Source: an uncultured Pseudomonas sp. (lineage in GTDB: Bacteria > Pseudomonadota > Gammaproteobacteria > Pseudomonadales > Pseudomonadaceae). Taken from it: 64,000 nucleotides of DNA. The stretch is taken from positions 6,494 through 70,493 of the forward strand of contig CALUCI010000003.1 in the NCBI GenBank assembly GCA_943914515.1, written 5' to 3'. Both the position numbers and the translations under genes were made by a program. Below, one piece after another: positions 60,751-64,000 of the stretch. The notes under the pieces were generated by a model. It had not been told where the DNA came from. It saw only the letters and a program-made list of their open reading frames with translations, and did no database searches. How positions within the stretch are numbered: the stretch's first letter is position 1; each line of letters starts with the position of its first letter.

Positions 60751-61881
60751 TCAATATCGCTTCCAGACTACGCGGTTTACATAGTCGGTGTAGCTGTGAA
60801 GGATGCGAACGACCTTATCCGAGACGTTAGGCATGCTGTAGTCGGCGACCAAGCGCAGATCACGCTCATCGCCACGAGCCTGGCCTTCAAGAATAGCGAG
60901 GGCCTGCAGGACGCGCTCGGTTTCCAGGCCAACCATCATTGCCGCTGCTTCTTCCATGCCTTCTGGACGTTCGTGAGCTTCACGAATGTTCAGCGCTGGG
61001 AAGTTGAGGATCGACGACTCTTCATTGATGGTACCGCTGTCGGAAAGTACCGCTTTCGCTTCCAGTTGAAGCTTGTTGTAGTCCTTGAAGCCCAGCGGTT
61101 TCAGCAGGCGCACGTTCTCATGGAACGTGATATTCAGCGCATCCACTCGCTTCTGCGTACGTGGATGGGTCGAAACGATAACCGGGAAGTTGAAACGCTC
61201 GGCCACAGAGTTCAAGACATCAACCAGCTTGAGGAAGTTCTTGTCCGAGTCAATGTTTTCTTCGCGGTGTGCACTGACAACGAAAAACTCGCCCGGCTTC
61301 AGACCAAGACGGCTCAGAACATCAGATGCGTCAATGCCTTCACGGTAGTGGTTCAGCACTTCGAACATCGGACTGCCGGTTTTGATCACACGGTCAGCAG
61401 GCAGACCTTCGCTCAACAGGTAATCGCGGGCAATCGTACTGTAGGTCAAATTGATATCAGCGGTGTGATCGACAATCCGACGGTTGATTTCTTCAGGCAC
61501 GCGCATATCGAAGCAACGGTTCCCGGCTTCCATGTGGAAGGTCGGGATCTTTCGGCGTTTGGCAGGCAGAACGCTCATGCAACTGTTGGTGTCACCCAAC
61601 ACCAAGACAGCCTCGGGCTGAACTTCGGCAAGAACTCGATCAACTGCAATGATTACGTTCCCGATGGTTTCCGCGCCAGTGGCGCCCGCAGCGCTGAGGA
61701 AGTGATCTGGCTTACGGATGCCAAGATCCTGGAAGAAGATCTCGTTGAGCTCGTAATCGTAATTCTGCCCGGTATGAACCAATATATGCTCGCAGTGCTC
61801 ATCCAGCTTGGCCAGTACGCGCGACAAGCGAATGATTTCCGGGCGGGTGCCCACTACGGTTACAACCTTCAGTTTCTTCAT
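60751..61881 (-). CDS. wbjD: UDP-2-acetamido-2,6-dideoxy-L-talose 2-epimerase (FnlC/Cap5G type)
   Basis: VGTRPEIIRL, HTGQNYD, GDTNS, HMEAGNRCFD, SDSGT..EE, ERPEG; alternative start at 61908. Confidence 0.88.
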   Translation of the reverse strand: MKKLKVVTVVGTRPEIIRLSRVLAKLDEHCEHILVHTGQNYDYELNEIFFQDLGIRKPDHFLSAAGATGAETIGNVIIAVDRVLAEVQPEAVLVLGDTNSCMSVLPAKRRKIPTFHMEAGNRCFDMRVPEEINRRIVDHTADINLTYSTIARDYLLSEGLPADRVIKTGSPMFEVLNHYREGIDASDVLSRLGLKPGEFFVVSAHREENIDSDKNFLKLVDVLNSVAERFNFPVIVSTHPRTQKRVDALNITFHENVRLLKPLGFKDYNKLQLEAKAVLSDSGTINEESSILNFPALNIREAHERPEGMEEAAAMMVGLETERVLQALAILEGQARGDERDLRLVADYSMPNVSDKVVRILHSYTDYVNRVVWKRY

Positions 61882-61904
61882 TGCCGTTTCCTGTAGACGG
61901 TGAC

Positions 61905-63026
61905 TCATGCGCCAGTACCAACCGGCCGGGCATAAGTGTCCGGGTGCTCGCGATCAAAAATCTCGTTAGCCCAGAGCATGACGATCATCTCTTCTTCACC
62001 GACGTTCGTGACATCGTGAGTCCAGCCAGGCACAGTTTCGACAATTTCTGGCTGCTCACCCGTGGTAAACAACTCATAATATTGTCCGGAAACAACATGC
62101 CGGAAACCGAAGCGTGCCTTGCCCTTGATGACCAGAAACTTTTCGGTCTTCGAATGATGATAATGACCGCCTCTGGTAATACCCGGATGCGCGGTAAAAT
62201 ACGAGAACTGGCCGGAGTCCTTGGTTTTGAGCATTTCCACGAAGACACCACGCGGATCGCCATACTTGGCAACCTCGTAAGTGAAGCGTTCGGGGGGGAG
62301 ATAGCTCAAATAGGTAGAGTAGAGCGCACGGGTGAGCCCTGTGCCTACCGCCTCAGTAGTGATTGTGGCACGGCTTTCCTTGAAAGCGTGCAACTGATCA
62401 GCAACTTCGCCAATCGTTACACTATATACCGGCTCAACTGAGACGAATGGGTCCGAACCCAACTTGCCATCCATGACCTGGATGAAATGACTTACGACAT
62501 CGTCAATATAAACCAGATTGACGATAGCCTTTGGGTCATGAATCTGGATCGGCAAATCATTGGCGATATTATTGCAGAACGTAGCCACGGCCGAGTTGTA
62601 GTTCGGGCGAGCCCATTTGCCGAAAACATTAGGCAAACGGAAGATATGCACTGGAACTCCATGCTCTTCGCGGAGTTTCAACAGTGCACTTTCCGCGCCT
62701 CGCTTACTACTGCCGTAAGGATTTTCAAGTTCCGCCTGGATCGAGGAGGTGTAGAGCACCGGGATCGAGCGACCGGACTTCACGATCGCTTCACCCAACA
62801 CGTGCGTCAAATCCGTGTTACCCGACTGGAACTCTTGTGGATCCTGAGGACGGTTGACTCCGGCCAGATGAAACACGAAATCAACCCGAGCAACCAATTC
62901 CGGCAGGCTATCCAAGGGCTCATCCCGAGTGAAACGCAGGACCTCTACATCCTTACGTTCCGCAAGATGAACCAGCAGGTTTTGCCCAACGAAACCGTTA
63001 GCGCCCGTAATCAGAACCTTCATCAC
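61905..63026 (-). CDS. wbjC: FnlB/Cap5F reductase with C-terminal cupin
   Basis: TGANGFVG, HLAGVNRP, YGSSK, PNYNS, RGGHYHHSKTEKF, WANE. Confidence 0.9.
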   Translation of the reverse strand: MMKVLITGANGFVGQNLLVHLAERKDVEVLRFTRDEPLDSLPELVARVDFVFHLAGVNRPQDPQEFQSGNTDLTHVLGEAIVKSGRSIPVLYTSSIQAELENPYGSSKRGAESALLKLREEHGVPVHIFRLPNVFGKWARPNYNSAVATFCNNIANDLPIQIHDPKAIVNLVYIDDVVSHFIQVMDGKLGSDPFVSVEPVYSVTIGEVADQLHAFKESRATITTEAVGTGLTRALYSTYLSYLPPERFTYEVAKYGDPRGVFVEMLKTKDSGQFSYFTAHPGITRGGHYHHSKTEKFLVIKGKARFGFRHVVSGQYYELFTTGEQPEIVETVPGWTHDVTNVGEEEMIVMLWANEIFDREHPDTYARPVGTGA

Positions 63027-64000
63027 TCACTCCTCTGGAGCAGCATGCTCGCCACGCTGGATGGCACGAATGAAATCCAGTTTGAGCAGCAGGCGCTGCA
63101 TGCCTTCTACGTCCAGACGCTCGGTGTTGTGCGAGTTGTAGTCTTCGGTGCGGGAGATTTTCGTTTCGCCCTCTTCCACAAACTTGGCGTAGTTCAGGTC
63201 ACGAAGGTCAGGCGGAACACGGAAGTATTCGCCCATGTCCTCAGCACACGCCATTTCTTCGCGACTGAGCAGGGCTTCGTAGAGTTTTTCACCGTGACGA
63301 GTACCGATCACCTGAATTGGATGCTCAGGATGGCCGACCAACTGAGTCAGCGCTTTGGCAAGCACTTCGACCGTAGCAGCTGGCGCTTTTTGCACAAACA
63401 GGTCACCGTTATTGCCGTGCTCGAAAGCGTAAAGCACCAGGTCCACGGCATCGGCCAGCGTCATCATGAAGCGGGTCATGCTTGGATCGGTCAGGGTCAG
63501 AGGCTTACCGGCACGAATTTGCTCGATGAACAGAGGAATGACAGAACCACGAGAAGCCATGACGTTACCGTAGCGAGTGCCACAAATCACGGTTTTGGTT
63601 TCATCGACATTACGCGACTTGGCAACCATGACTTTTTCCATCATGGCCTTGGAAATACCCATTGCGTTAATTGGGTATACGGCTTTGTCTGTGCTCAGAC
63701 AAACAATGCGTTTAACATTGTTTTGAATAGCCGCTTCAAGAACGTTTTCGGTGCCCAGAACGTTAGTTTTCACCGCTTCCAGCGGATGAAACTCACAAGA
63801 AGGCACTTGCTTCAAGGCGGCAGCATGGTAGATGTAGTCTACACCGCGACTGGCATTCAAAATGCTCTGATAGTCGCGAACATCACCAATATAGAATTTC
63901 AGCTTAGGACTGGCATAGCGCTTACGCATGTCATCCTGCTTCTTTTCATCGCGGCTGAATACACGAATCTCAGCGATGTCACTATCGAGGAAACGCTTAA
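63027..64000 (-). CDS. wbjB: UDP-GlcNAc 4,6-dehydratase/epimerase FnlA/Cap5E (5' end outside window)
   Basis: Frame stays open to the window edge (KRFLDSDIAEIRVFSRDEKKQDDMR), HAAALKQVPSCEF, STDKAVYPINAMG.SK, RHGEK. Confidence 0.92.
   Translation of the reverse strand, partial: KRFLDSDIAEIRVFSRDEKKQDDMRKRYASPKLKFYIGDVRDYQSILNASRGVDYIYHAAALKQVPSCEFHPLEAVKTNVLGTENVLEAAIQNNVKRIVCLSTDKAVYPINAMGISKAMMEKVMVAKSRNVDETKTVICGTRYGNVMASRGSVIPLFIEQIRAGKPLTLTDPSMTRFMMTLADAVDLVLYAFEHGNNGDLFVQKAPAATVEVLAKALTQLVGHPEHPIQVIGTRHGEKLYEALLSREEMACAEDMGEYFRVPPDLRDLNYAKFVEEGETKISRTEDYNSHNTERLDVEGMQRLLLKLDFIRAIQRGEHAAPEE

Overview
GC-rich Pseudomonas chromosomal segment; gene content, the earP-efp pair and GTAG-type REPs suggest the P. 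putida/fluorescens lineage. Most of it is core genome. Left to right: the end of a class II DAHP synthase, ycaQ-like glycosylase, ohrR-ohr, efp-earP, LysR/SDR/MFS genes, a TonB receptor, tRNA-Ser(GGA), corA, a CP-ATP-grasp/alpha-E/transglutaminase operon, an LTA-synthase-like sulfatase, ogt, a ZIP transporter, aroC, prmB, Smr, folE, GSTs, a BenE-family transporter, an MCP, pyrF and comEA. The window ends inside an O-antigen cluster (wbjB/C/D-type L-FucNAc pathway, GT4, two WbpK/V-like SDRs, wbpL, wbpM). Most notable observations: (1) a visibly lower-GC, integrase-less islet at the tRNA-Ser 3' end carrying a Wzy-like polytopic protein and an AT3-SGNH O-acetyltransferase, resembling a serotype-conversion cassette; (2) an in-cluster sugar reductase with a catalytic Tyr->Phe change, plus an intact paralogue behind a terminator; (3) an orphan acireductone dioxygenase that has lost most metal ligands; (4) an uncalled 31-aa membrane peptide with an Hfq/Crc-type motif; (5) two complete sigma54/IHF/enhancer promoters and several AlgU-like promoters. 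No CRISPR array, transposase or integrase was seen. All calls come from reading the sequence and recalling families; no searches were run.
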